A stretch of 19,431 nt of DNA from an uncultured Oligoflexus sp. (GTDB taxonomy: Bacteria > Bdellovibrionota_B > Oligoflexia > Oligoflexales > Oligoflexaceae). The position numbers and the translations under genes were made by a program. Positions 1-8,911 of this stretch are shown in pieces; position 1 is the first letter of the stretch; each line of letters begins with the position of its first letter. Below the pieces are notes generated by a model. That model worked only from the letters and a program-made list of their open reading frames with translations, was not told the DNA's origin and did not search any database. The DNA is taken from positions 1 to 19,431 of the forward strand of contig CAXSGP010000090.1 of the NCBI GenBank assembly GCA_964236955.1. The letters are read 5' to 3'.

Positions 1-166
1 GTACCGAGCATTCAACCCATCGATGCAAGCGCGGTGAGCTAGAGCGCAGGCAATGGCGACCGGGCATTTTCTTGAACGGATGATTGTTCAGCCTTTCAAG
101 TAGCTCGGATATTGCTTCATTGAGATCAGCGATGCTGAAGAATTTCCGATGACGCAACGAGGCAAG

Positions 167-760
167 TTACTGCACCGTTTTTTTCCTAACATGAAAGGTA
201 TCCCCATTCTCCAGCATTTCAATAATCCTTTCGATCCACCGTTGTCGAGTCTCGGGTTTCTTGGTATTTTGAATTCTAAAATAAAAAGAATAGATCTCGG
301 TCCTTCCCAATGTCGCATAAAAGACCTTAGCTTTCTTGTTTTTGGCGAGGGCTTTTAAAAAATCTTCGGGCATCTCTGCGGTCGACGACGAAGCATAGGA
401 ATTCTCCCAACGCCCATCTTTCTTTGCTTCATTAATTTTTTGCAGACCATGTGGCGTCATCCGACCGGTTTCGATTAGTCGCGCCACATGCCCGATATTT
501 ACTTTAGACCAGAGACTTTTTGATTTTCTGGGCGTGAATCGAATACGGTAGCTGACTTCGTCAATCGTTCCCTTTAAGCCATCGACCCATCCAAAACACA
601 ATGCCTCATCCAGCGCCTGTTTGTAATCCATGCCAGACTTTTCAGAGGCTTTTTTGTAAAAACCGATCCACAAAACTTCGGATTTATCGTGGTTTCTCTC
701 CAGCCAGGTTCGAAACGCGGTTGGGGTCTTGAAAAATTTGGCTTCCAGTTGCTCTTTCAT
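167..760 (-). CDS. YdeI/OmpD-associated family protein (bacteriocin-protection-like)
   Basis: Family motifs FRTWLERNH, WIGFYKK, ALDEALCFGWVDG, FTPRKSKSLWSKVN, GRMTPHG, MPEDF and KKPETRQRWI. I placed the start at ATG 760 (AGAGGT RBS 6 nt upstream) rather than TTG 766. Confidence 0.92.
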   Translation of the reverse strand: MKEQLEAKFFKTPTAFRTWLERNHDKSEVLWIGFYKKASEKSGMDYKQALDEALCFGWVDGLKGTIDEVSYRIRFTPRKSKSLWSKVNIGHVARLIETGRMTPHGLQKINEAKKDGRWENSYASSSTAEMPEDFLKALAKNKKAKVFYATLGRTEIYSFYFRIQNTKKPETRQRWIERIIEMLENGDTFHVRKKTVQ

Positions 761-1419
761 AAGCAAACCTCTATTTTATGTGACGACTCCTAGGGGCGAG
801 GGAGGAGTATGATTTTCATCGTAGATAGAATCCAACTGATAAGGTAACACGGCTGATATATTTCCTCACTTTATCTTAGACATGAACTTTAAATTAAGTC
901 TGAAATGAAGCGTGGGATCTTTGAGAAGATCGTCGTCATCAACTGAACAGACAGGTCCAAGAAGGTCAAGTCCCCTCTCATAGATGTACAGCCCTCTGAA
1001 AAGGTGCAGCATGTGTAGGCACCCATCTGGATCGTCATCTTCATAGCGGTGCGCGAGGAATAGGTGAGGCTACCAAGTCCCGAACGTCGTAATCTTTCTC
1101 GGCAATTGGCCTCATTCGCGCTGGCCAAATTCTAATCCCTTAAAATTAGAGACTTCGATTGTCGATCCGGTGATTTTCAAATTCGTAGGCAAAAGTTGCC
1201 GGATCTATAGCGTGGGGAATGAGTGGATTTGCTTTGTTTCTAAAAACGGGATCAGGCCAATTTTAAGAGTGAAGCGGTCCGCAGGTCCGCTAAGTTAAGA
1301 GTTAATCATTCCAGGAATATAATTTGATTATTTCCGGAGGAGGCATGATTTAACTGGAGTCTATTTATATTGACGCATTAGAGCTATAATTCTTGTAAAG
1401 AAATGTGCAGGAGCGAAAT

Positions 1420-2919
1420 GTGAGAAATTCCAGGTTTGTAAAGATCGCCTTGGTTTTAATGGCTTCAAGTAACCTATTTGTTGCATCGTGCCGATCGATG
1501 TCGGAGGACAAGGCTCCGAGCAGCGAAGTCATGAATGTTGAGAGTCCTAATGTTTTTGACAAGCTCCTGCTCGATGTGAGCGATGTGTCCATTCTTTTTC
1601 CTGTCAAGTTATCGGATCCGTCCCAGGCTTCGTCCCTGGTCCCGCATCCTGAAATCCGGGCCGATCGATTCATGACGCAGACGGTTCTAAATGAGATTCT
1701 CGCCGCTGCTAAGTCCGAAAAAGTAGTTCGGGACGCAGGCTCAGCTTTAGGGATGGAGGGCCCTGACCCTACCGATATCCAGCAGTGGCGGGTCATGGCT
1801 TTTCGCTTCGACCCCTGCGCACCGAACGCCGAACTTCTGACGAACGATGTACCCGATTCCATGAAAGGCGTTGTTCCTGGCTGCCTCATCGAACTGCGGC
1901 TCATTCTTCAGGCAGAAGGTTTAGCGGAAATCGGCAAAGGACCGCGAGATGGAGCTTTGCATCTCGTCTATGACCTGGGCGTCCTTAAAAAGAGCACCAC
2001 GACAGAAGAGGCTCAAAGAAATTTCGAGCCCTTTATGCCCCTCATCCGCGGCCTGCAGAAAATAAAATCCCTATCACTTGCCATTGGCGTTAATACCGAC
2101 GGTCAACCGCTTGGCGTGCATCCTGGCCTCAAGGCGGAGCTGGAGGCGGGTAGGACGGAAATCGCCAATGAGGTGACGAATTTCCTCACTACCTTTCTGA
2201 ATCCAAGCAAGCTGACCGCTATTGCCGTCAACGGTCTGGCAACGAAAACTGACTCGATTTGGGAGTTCTTCAGTGGCACTGTAGCAAAGGGGGCTGACCG
2301 AATACCTCATTTCGTGCTCGGCAGAAGTCCGGCCTTCCATAAAACCGAGGTTTTTGGCTTGTCCTTTAACAAAGGAGTCGCGCTCATCCTTCCTAGACCC
2401 GAGGACGAGACGAGAAGTCTCCAGGCCTTGCTCCAGGCCGTGCGTAATGATAAAAACATAACAGCAGAAATGAAGAAAGTCCCCTTTGAGATCGCGCATC
2501 CAAAAAGATCCCACGTTTTCAACACGGATTGCCACGCCTGCCATCAGCTCGTATCGACTATGGGCATGTCCGCAATTTCTGCGTCCGATTCCCCTGACCG
2601 TTATATAAATCCAATTGGTATTTCGGGATATAGAGACCTTAATTTAGGCAGGGATTCCCTTCAATGGGTCTTCAGGAATTTCGGCTATGACCGTCAAGGA
2701 AACCCGTCTGTTTCACCGCGAACCGTCGCCGAAAGCGCCGAGATCACCGACCTTAGCAACCGATTGATTGCCGGCGATGGCCACAGGAATCCGGGTTTGG
2801 ATTGCGGCACGGATCGAAAAAAGCTGGATGAGATATGGGATTGCAGCATCAAGCTACCCTCCCATAAACCCAGACCGGACTGCTTCAAGAGCTGCACTAT
2901 CGTGGGGCAAAAGCAGTGA
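1420..2919 (+). CDS. Uncharacterised lipoprotein with a single CxxCH motif (putative c-type cytochrome)
   Basis: Long ORF (track start 1405). GTG 1420 has AGGAG 6 nt upstream and gives the signal peptide MRNSRFVKIALVLMASSNLFVAS|C (Cys codon 1489-1491). CHACH lies at 2530-2544, and there are four more Cys near the C-terminus. The CDS is secure; the function is inferred. Confidence 0.8.
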   Translation: MRNSRFVKIALVLMASSNLFVASCRSMSEDKAPSSEVMNVESPNVFDKLLLDVSDVSILFPVKLSDPSQASSLVPHPEIRADRFMTQTVLNEILAAAKSEKVVRDAGSALGMEGPDPTDIQQWRVMAFRFDPCAPNAELLTNDVPDSMKGVVPGCLIELRLILQAEGLAEIGKGPRDGALHLVYDLGVLKKSTTTEEAQRNFEPFMPLIRGLQKIKSLSLAIGVNTDGQPLGVHPGLKAELEAGRTEIANEVTNFLTTFLNPSKLTAIAVNGLATKTDSIWEFFSGTVAKGADRIPHFVLGRSPAFHKTEVFGLSFNKGVALILPRPEDETRSLQALLQAVRNDKNITAEMKKVPFEIAHPKRSHVFNTDCHACHQLVSTMGMSAISASDSPDRYINPIGISGYRDLNLGRDSLQWVFRNFGYDRQGNPSVSPRTVAESAEITDLSNRLIAGDGHRNPGLDCGTDRKKLDEIWDCSIKLPSHKPRPDCFKSCTIVGQKQ

Positions 2920-3068
2920 CCGGTTTTTCTGTATTGTCTTGGCGCGATTGACGGCTAATAAGACGAATATTCGAGTAAACAAAAACCCAGTGCCATTTCC
3001 AAGAGAGTTGAAAATAGCATTGGGTCTCATGGGTCAGAAGCAGGAGGACCTGAGTCCTTCCAAATCAA

Positions 3069-3728
3069 TCAGGGAGCAGCACCTTCGCCGGCAGCAGCAG
3101 GAGCCCGCCCAGCAGCTGGGGCCTTGGTCTTGACAGCTTTAGCGGCCGAAGCTTTTTTCTTATGAGCAGGAGCATGTTTCACACGAGCTGGTTTTTTCTT
3201 TGAAGTATAACGAGAGGCAACCCAAAGGCCATCCGTTGTCTTGAGCCAACCTTTCTTGCGCTCGCCACTCAGCGCGATCGCACTACCAAACTTGATAACA
3301 TGATCGATACCAAAGCGTTTGCCTGGACCACGGCGCAGATTTAAACGAGCGCTGGTGGGGTATACGGCTTTTTCAACTGCTACCTCGGCGCTAGCACTAT
3401 CAAGAGGAGCCTCTGTGAGGTCTGGCGTAGATTCTGATGGGGGCTCTGGTGCAGGTATCGCCGCTTCTTTTGATTCGGATTCGAATTTGCCTTCCGCCTT
3501 AGCGTCACCCTCTGGATCAACCTTAAGGTCGCTGTCGATTTTTATTTCTCCCTCTGCAGCCGGGGCGGGGCCTTCAGAACCATCGGGATTGGCAGCAGCA
3601 GAATCTCCTTCCGTTCCTGATGCCATGGAAGCTTCGGAGCCTGGCTCTGCCAGCACTTTTTCTCCACTGGATGAGGTACAGGCAACTGAGAGGCTTAGAA
3701 TCAAACACAACAATAATTCGGACTTCAT
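3069..3728 (-). CDS. SH3 (SH3b-type) domain lipoprotein
   Basis: ATG 3728 has GAGGT 7 nt upstream. Signal peptide MKSELLLCLILSLSVA|C, then an acidic low-complexity linker, the SH3b motif LNLRRGPG...GWLKT...WVASRY, and a Lys/Ala-rich tail. Confidence 0.85.
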   Translation of the reverse strand: MKSELLLCLILSLSVACTSSSGEKVLAEPGSEASMASGTEGDSAAANPDGSEGPAPAAEGEIKIDSDLKVDPEGDAKAEGKFESESKEAAIPAPEPPSESTPDLTEAPLDSASAEVAVEKAVYPTSARLNLRRGPGKRFGIDHVIKFGSAIALSGERKKGWLKTTDGLWVASRYTSKKKPARVKHAPAHKKKASAAKAVKTKAPAAGRAPAAAGEGAAP

Positions 3729-4183
3729 CAACAGAACCTCAGGTAAGGGGGCAGCGAAAGGCTGCACTGTCAAACTTTGCTACACTTGTTTGATGTCTTG
3801 GCGCAAAGCTTTGGGAAGATTGAGCCACTTTATAAAAAGTACAAGCACTCTCAGCAAGATCGGGACCAAAATTTCTTAGTTCCTAATGCATTGATATTGA
3901 TTGATTTTATGTTCGATGGATGCTGATGTGTTCAGAAACTGATGATGACATGCATTCTGCGTGATCACTTGGGATAGCGCCTGTATCCCACAGGCCGGTC
4001 CGGGGCCAGTGACTAGGACTGTTGAAGGTGGGGGCGGGTAAGAAAAAAGTTTGAGCGCCCTTGAAAGTCTGCGGATGGTAAGAGGAGCAGCTCCTGAGCG
4101 GCATCTAGGGAATGGCTATGGGAATGTGATAACAATGGGGACTGTCCGGAGAAAGTTCAGATGGCAGGTGAAATCTTGGCAAA

Positions 4184-5878
4184 CTAAGCATGGCTATGGT
4201 CTTTGGTGTGCCTGTGTATAGCCTGAATCAACTCTTCGAAGTTTAAAGGCTTTGATAGATGACCGTCGAATCCAGCAGCGAGAGATTTTGCTTTCTGTTC
4301 CAGCATAGCGTGAGCCGTCAACGCTAGGATTGGGGTCTGGCAGCCTTTGGCACGGAGAGTGCTCATAGCTTCGTAGCCATCCATGACCGGCATTTGTATA
4401 TCCATGAGAATGATGTTGTAAGATCCAGCCAAGACCTTGTCGATGGCCTCTTGTCCGTCGCTTGCAGTATCGACATTTGCACCGCATCGCATGAGAAAAC
4501 GTTTGGCCAGGAGCTGATTGTCAATGGCATCATCAACGAGGAGGACCTTTACCGTGGCAAGGCGCCCTTTAAGAGAGGCCGGGGGCTGCACGATCGAAGC
4601 CGTCGGCGGAACGCTTGCAGGCTGACGGGAAAAGTGGGCTGGGAAATTAATATCGAAGGTACAGCCTTCTCCCACAGCAAATTGGGAAATTTCAATTGTT
4701 CCTGACAGGGCCTCGGTTAATCGTTTCGATAGCACCAGGCCCAGACCCGTACCTCCAAATTTTCGGGTCACCGAATTGTCCCCTTGCATGAACGGCTGAA
4801 ATAGCCGTTGTTTTTGCTCAAGATTCAACCCAGGCCCGCTATCTTTAACTTTAAGCTCGAAGCGGTAGATATCCTCGACCTTACTGTCCACAGTGCCCGA
4901 GACAGTGACCTGCACGGCCCCTCGACTCGTGAATTTGACTGCATTTCCAACAATATTGATCAGAACCTGCCGCAGTCGAACAGGATCAGAAAAGATCGAG
5001 CGTGGGATTGCTCGATCGTAGTTTAATGAAAGGGAAATGTTTTTCTGGTTGGCACGATCGCGAAAAAGGTCGACCGCTTCATGCACCAGTTCATAAAGGG
5101 AGAACTCAACAAACTCGACCTCGAGTTTACCGGCCTCGACTTTAGCCAAATCAAGTATATCGTCGATAATACGGGTAAGTGCTTTCCCATTACGGTCGAT
5201 CGTGTCGATAAATTGATTTTGGTCCTTTGAGGATAGAGAAGGATCTTTTAGTAGACTGTTATAGCCGAGGATGGCACTGAGGGGAGTGCGTATTTCATGG
5301 CTCATGTTGGCGAGAAATGCGCTTTTTGTGGCATTGGCCTGTTCCGCGAGGGTCCTGGCCTCCTCCGTTTCCTGAAGGGCCTTATTAAGATCCGACTTGG
5401 CCGTGTTCAAGGCATTGGCATAGGAGCGGAGATCATTGGTCAATTCCCGCAAGATTTGATTCTGACTTTCCTGTTTGACGGCGGATCGCTCGCTTTTAAG
5501 CATTTTCGCCAGATTTATGTCGAGTCGCCGCCAATCTTCAATTTGCCCCCCGGTTTGCAGATTCTCCCCCGAGAAAGCCCAGATCAGTTGATCAAATTTG
5601 ATTGCCGTAATGGCCACAGTATCGGGTCCAGTGGGAAAGACCAGTGAACTCCTTGCGCTGCCCTTCGCAGAGCACTCAACCAACAATTCCTGCCACCTTT
5701 TACCCCCACGAATTGTCTGGGGAAAGCCCAAAGACGGCAGAAATCGACCAACCTCATCGTCATAATCGAAGATGATGAGATCTTTTGCTCCAAATTGTTC
5801 TGCCAAACTCCGTGCCGCTTTCCCTCGGGTCGTGGGAGAGGTCATAAGGGATAAAAGGTCCAAGTCAATTTTCAGCAT
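4184..5878 (-). CDS. Cytoplasmic hybrid sensor histidine kinase/response regulator (unassigned N-terminal domain, coiled coil, HisKA, HATPase_c, REC)
   Basis: H-box FLANMSHEIRTPL, N-box NIVGNAVKFT, G-boxes DSGPG and GGTGLGL, and REC motifs LLVDD, LMDIQMP and LSKP. ATG 5878, 8 nt after the FIST stop, is preferred over TTG 5917, which overlaps the upstream gene. Confidence 0.95.
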   Translation of the reverse strand: MLKIDLDLLSLMTSPTTRGKAARSLAEQFGAKDLIIFDYDDEVGRFLPSLGFPQTIRGGKRWQELLVECSAKGSARSSLVFPTGPDTVAITAIKFDQLIWAFSGENLQTGGQIEDWRRLDINLAKMLKSERSAVKQESQNQILRELTNDLRSYANALNTAKSDLNKALQETEEARTLAEQANATKSAFLANMSHEIRTPLSAILGYNSLLKDPSLSSKDQNQFIDTIDRNGKALTRIIDDILDLAKVEAGKLEVEFVEFSLYELVHEAVDLFRDRANQKNISLSLNYDRAIPRSIFSDPVRLRQVLINIVGNAVKFTSRGAVQVTVSGTVDSKVEDIYRFELKVKDSGPGLNLEQKQRLFQPFMQGDNSVTRKFGGTGLGLVLSKRLTEALSGTIEISQFAVGEGCTFDINFPAHFSRQPASVPPTASIVQPPASLKGRLATVKVLLVDDAIDNQLLAKRFLMRCGANVDTASDGQEAIDKVLAGSYNIILMDIQMPVMDGYEAMSTLRAKGCQTPILALTAHAMLEQKAKSLAAGFDGHLSKPLNFEELIQAIHRHTKDHSHA

Positions 5879-5886
5879 AGTCACGA

Positions 5887-7050
5887 CTAAGGTAAAAGGC
5901 ACGCTACGGCAGTGCAATTGTGAAAGCCACTGAACTGCCCATCCACCCGAGCAATTTGCCCGTAGGTGTTGCAGCCTGCAAACTCCGCGCCTTCCAAGGT
6001 ATCAGACAGGGATTTGAGTTCGAAATCAAAATCAAGACCCATACGGAGCCGGGTTGCAACGCAATCAAAAAAAAGTGCGACCTTCGGCCTGTTGCCATTG
6101 AGCTGAGCCATGGCCATCTCAGCAGCCTGTGAGGCGGCTTCCGCTGCCGATTTAACTGTAGTACGCATAATATGGATGGTGGAGCCCACGGGTATCGTTG
6201 ATGCACACGCGATCGAGCCGTCGGCATTGATCGCCAGAGGTACGCGCAGTTTATATCCGTTGGATGTTTGAATGCCGATCACATTGTGAAGAAAAAAGGG
6301 CAGAGGATTGGCTGGATCAATAGTTTGACCGCTCTGTTCCGCAAATTCCTCGAAAGCCTCGAGAGTGGGCACACCATTCACACTGATGAGGCAGGATCCC
6401 TCGGCTTCCGTCACCCGCATTGCATCACTTGCCGCCTCCCACCCGTGCTTCACACCGATGCCGATCGGTTCATTCGATAGGATCTCCAGAGCGACGGCTG
6501 AATCCTTATAAGCTTCCCTTCCAAGGAATACATGCGTCTCTGAGAATTTGGCGTCATCCCCCGCACCACCGCCGACAAGTTGATATTTCCCTTGCGTTTT
6601 AACCATAAGGGCCTGGATAAAATCATCGGTATAACCGGCGAGCGCATCGGTCATCACGATCGCGGTATGGTAGCGGTAATCATGGCGATGGAGACCAATA
6701 AAATTAGAGGCTATCTGTTCCGCCGCGTCTGCAATATTAGCTCTTAGATTCGAGCCGAGGCTAGCTGAAAATTTTAAGCGATCCGACCAGATTCCGACGG
6801 CACATACGGCTCCCTCTTTCTGTGTCTGATCGGTAAATTCTCCTGCAGAAGAGCATCCGATCAAAATCTCAGGGCGGCAGTTTTCGTCTAAAGAGTCGAG
6901 GAGTTCCTGATAATCATATTCAGACGATGCAAAAACCAGCAAGGCATGGGGACGTTTGTGATCGAGTTTTAGTAGTATTTCATCGCTAAGTTCCTGACCG
7001 GCAACTTTTGGCGATTTGTGGGTGGATAGCGCTACCGCAGAAATTGTCAT
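5887..7050 (-). CDS. FIST signal transduction protein (FIST_N + FIST_C)
   Basis: FIST motifs IGCSSAGEF, GGGAGDD, GVKHGW, VTEAEG, FFDCVAT, GCNTYGQI and FHNCTAV. Confidence 0.93.
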   Translation of the reverse strand: MTISAVALSTHKSPKVAGQELSDEILLKLDHKRPHALLVFASSEYDYQELLDSLDENCRPEILIGCSSAGEFTDQTQKEGAVCAVGIWSDRLKFSASLGSNLRANIADAAEQIASNFIGLHRHDYRYHTAIVMTDALAGYTDDFIQALMVKTQGKYQLVGGGAGDDAKFSETHVFLGREAYKDSAVALEILSNEPIGIGVKHGWEAASDAMRVTEAEGSCLISVNGVPTLEAFEEFAEQSGQTIDPANPLPFFLHNVIGIQTSNGYKLRVPLAINADGSIACASTIPVGSTIHIMRTTVKSAAEAASQAAEMAMAQLNGNRPKVALFFDCVATRLRMGLDFDFELKSLSDTLEGAEFAGCNTYGQIARVDGQFSGFHNCTAVACLLP

Positions 7051-7494
7051 GGGGACTCACACTTTAAAGGCTTATATGCCATGGCTATGGCCAGAATGTA
7101 CTGAATTTATTGCTGACAATATATGATATTCAATTCCGACTTCCATCACTAGGTACTATTCCCAGTAGTTGATTTAAATAACTATGATATCATATGGTTA
7201 CCAAACTTCGCGAATTTTTTGGGTGGAAAAGTTCTCGGATCATTCGGTCCAATGCAGGAGTTAAGTTGGTAAATTATATTGATATTAAGGTCATTGTCAC
7301 GGCCAGGCTCAGAAAGGACTCACTGTTAACCACCCAAAGCAACTCTGAGCAAAGTTGCAGGGCAAGGGGCGGGATAGCCTTAAAAAAGTGGGACCAAACA
7401 AAGACTTCATCTTTCGCAAATTGGTGATTTACTTGCGTGATTGTAAGGTGATTGTTAATGATATCTTGGGTTCGTTCCAAACGAGGAGAGACGC

Positions 7495-8523
7495 ATGGTC
7501 ATGGAATATAGAAAATTTAGTGGAAGCGGCTTTACGATCCCGGTCCTAAGTTTTGGCACTGCAACCTTTGGTGGCGGAAATGATTTTTTTAAAAAATGGG
7601 GCAGCGCCGATGTCAACGAGGCCAAAAGGCTGATCGATATATGCATTGACAACGGAGTGAATTTTTTCGATACGGCAAATATCTATTCGACGGGAATGTC
7701 CGAGGAAATTCTCGGACAGGCTATCCAAGGCAAACGTGATAAAGTCATGGTTTCGACGAAGGCCACCTTTTCAATGGGGACGGATCCTAATCAATCTGGA
7801 TCCTCTCGATTTGCTCTTGTTCGGGAGTGTGAGGCGAGTCTTAAGCGCCTTGGAACCGATCACATCGAACTCTACTATATGCATGGCTTTGATGCGCTTA
7901 CACCCGTTGAAGAAACTCTGCGCGCGCTAGATGATCTCGTCGCCAGTGGTAAGGTCGGGTACATTGGCTGCTCTAATTTCTCAGGCTGGCATTTGATGAA
8001 ATCCCTTTCCGTGTCAGAACGCTACGGTTGGTCCCGATATATTGCCAACCAAGCCTATTACTCGTTGGTGGGACGTGAGTTCGAATGGGAGCTCATGCCG
8101 CTCGCTGTCGATCAGAAAGTTTCGACTGTGGTATGGAGCCCGCTGGCCGGCGGCGCACTCAGTGGCAAAGTTGGTCGGAACCGGCCGGCTCCAGAAGGCT
8201 CCCGCTCTGCGCAAATGGACTTTGTGGTATCGTCGACTTCTGAGTACCTTTATAGGGTCGTCGAGGCATTGGAAAGCGTTGCGAAGGAAGTCGATAAATC
8301 GATAGCGCAGGTGGCTCTGAATTGGATTTTGAATCGGCCGAGTGTGGTGTCTGTTGTGATTGGCGCAAGAACCGAGGAACAACTTAGGCAAAATTTTGGA
8401 GCCCTCGGTTGGAGGCTCAGCTCGGAGCAAGTTGCTATTCTCGATTCGGCAAGCGATGTTCGTCCCATTTATCCCTACTGGCACCAACGCCTGTCGCCTC
8501 ATCTGATGCCACCCTTATGCTGA
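7495..8523 (+). CDS. Aldo/keto reductase
   Basis: Motifs FGTATFG, FFDTANIY (catalytic D and Y), STK (K), SLKRLGTDHIELYYMHG (H), GKVGYIGCSN, WSPLAGG and IGAR. AGGAG RBS at 7484-7488. Confidence 0.96.
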   Translation: MVMEYRKFSGSGFTIPVLSFGTATFGGGNDFFKKWGSADVNEAKRLIDICIDNGVNFFDTANIYSTGMSEEILGQAIQGKRDKVMVSTKATFSMGTDPNQSGSSRFALVRECEASLKRLGTDHIELYYMHGFDALTPVEETLRALDDLVASGKVGYIGCSNFSGWHLMKSLSVSERYGWSRYIANQAYYSLVGREFEWELMPLAVDQKVSTVVWSPLAGGALSGKVGRNRPAPEGSRSAQMDFVVSSTSEYLYRVVEALESVAKEVDKSIAQVALNWILNRPSVVSVVIGARTEEQLRQNFGALGWRLSSEQVAILDSASDVRPIYPYWHQRLSPHLMPPLC

Positions 8524-8592
8524 GCTGAAGAGAGAGAAAAGGGCTGTCTCTTGATTGAGGTGCTTTTCATTAAAGGTGATATTGAAGTCAGG

Positions 8593-8626
8593 ACCTACCA
8601 TTATCCAGTAATAAAAAATGGTAGGT
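8593..8626. repeat. Perfect 10-bp inverted repeat ACCTACCATT-N14-AATGGTAGGT
   Basis: Arms read directly at 8593-8602 and 8617-8626. It lies about 70 nt downstream of the AKR stop and has no U-tract. The function (operator or RNA hairpin) is unknown. Confidence 0.75.
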
Positions 8627-8884
8627 ACCATGATGTCCGAAGAAGATTTAAGACATTTTTTGCAGCCATTGTACTCTCAATGGTTAACGCCGTAAAAAAG
8701 CCCTCCTCTCAAAACAATAAACCCGGCGCTTTATCGCCAAGCTAAGTCCTAAATGTTCGCGGCCTCCTTGCTAGGCTTTATCGCTATGGCGTCGAAACGG
8801 GACAGAAATCACTCAATCAAAAATCCACTAATTATTGAGATATCAGCGGCCTATATTGCAGCACGCGTTTTTATCTTCAGCCAC

Positions 8885-8911
8885 TAAAGAATGAAAAAAT
8901 TCTACCGATGT
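8885..8911 (+). promoter_or_regulatory. Candidate sigma-28 (FliA) promoter for cheY-FIST-cheA-like genes
   Basis: TAAA (8885-8888), N15, ACCGATGT (8904-8911), compared with the consensus TAAA-N15-GCCGATAA. It lies about 100 nt upstream of cheY. Confidence 0.55.

Noticed and set aside
1..166. Possible gene fragment at the left edge
   Set aside because: Only short open frames with no recognisable motif; it cannot be assigned without flanking sequence.
889..1128. 79-aa minus-strand ORF with a Cys/Thr/Ser-rich segment (YTCCTFSEGCTS), considered as a RiPP precursor or pseudogene
   Set aside because: TTG start, no recognisable leader, no modification enzymes or transporter nearby, and other frames give no recognisable protein.
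1370..1390. TTGACG and TATAAT upstream of the lipoprotein gene
   Set aside because: The spacer is only 9 nt, incompatible with a sigma-70 -35/-10 pair. The TATAAT alone may still function.
1365..3879. Long alternative ORFs (1365-1904 -, 2074-2544 -, 2768-3133 +, 3319-3879 +)
   Set aside because: These are antisense or overlapping shadows of better-supported genes, with no motifs of their own.
7194..7549. Short ORFs in the FIST/AKR intergenic region
   Set aside because: They overlap one another on both strands, have no recognisable domains, and the region looks like a divergent promoter.
8551..8745. 64-aa plus-strand ORF with a short hydrophobic stretch
   Set aside because: TTG start, no homology I can recognise, and it overlaps the inverted repeats. 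A small protein cannot be excluded without Ribo-seq.
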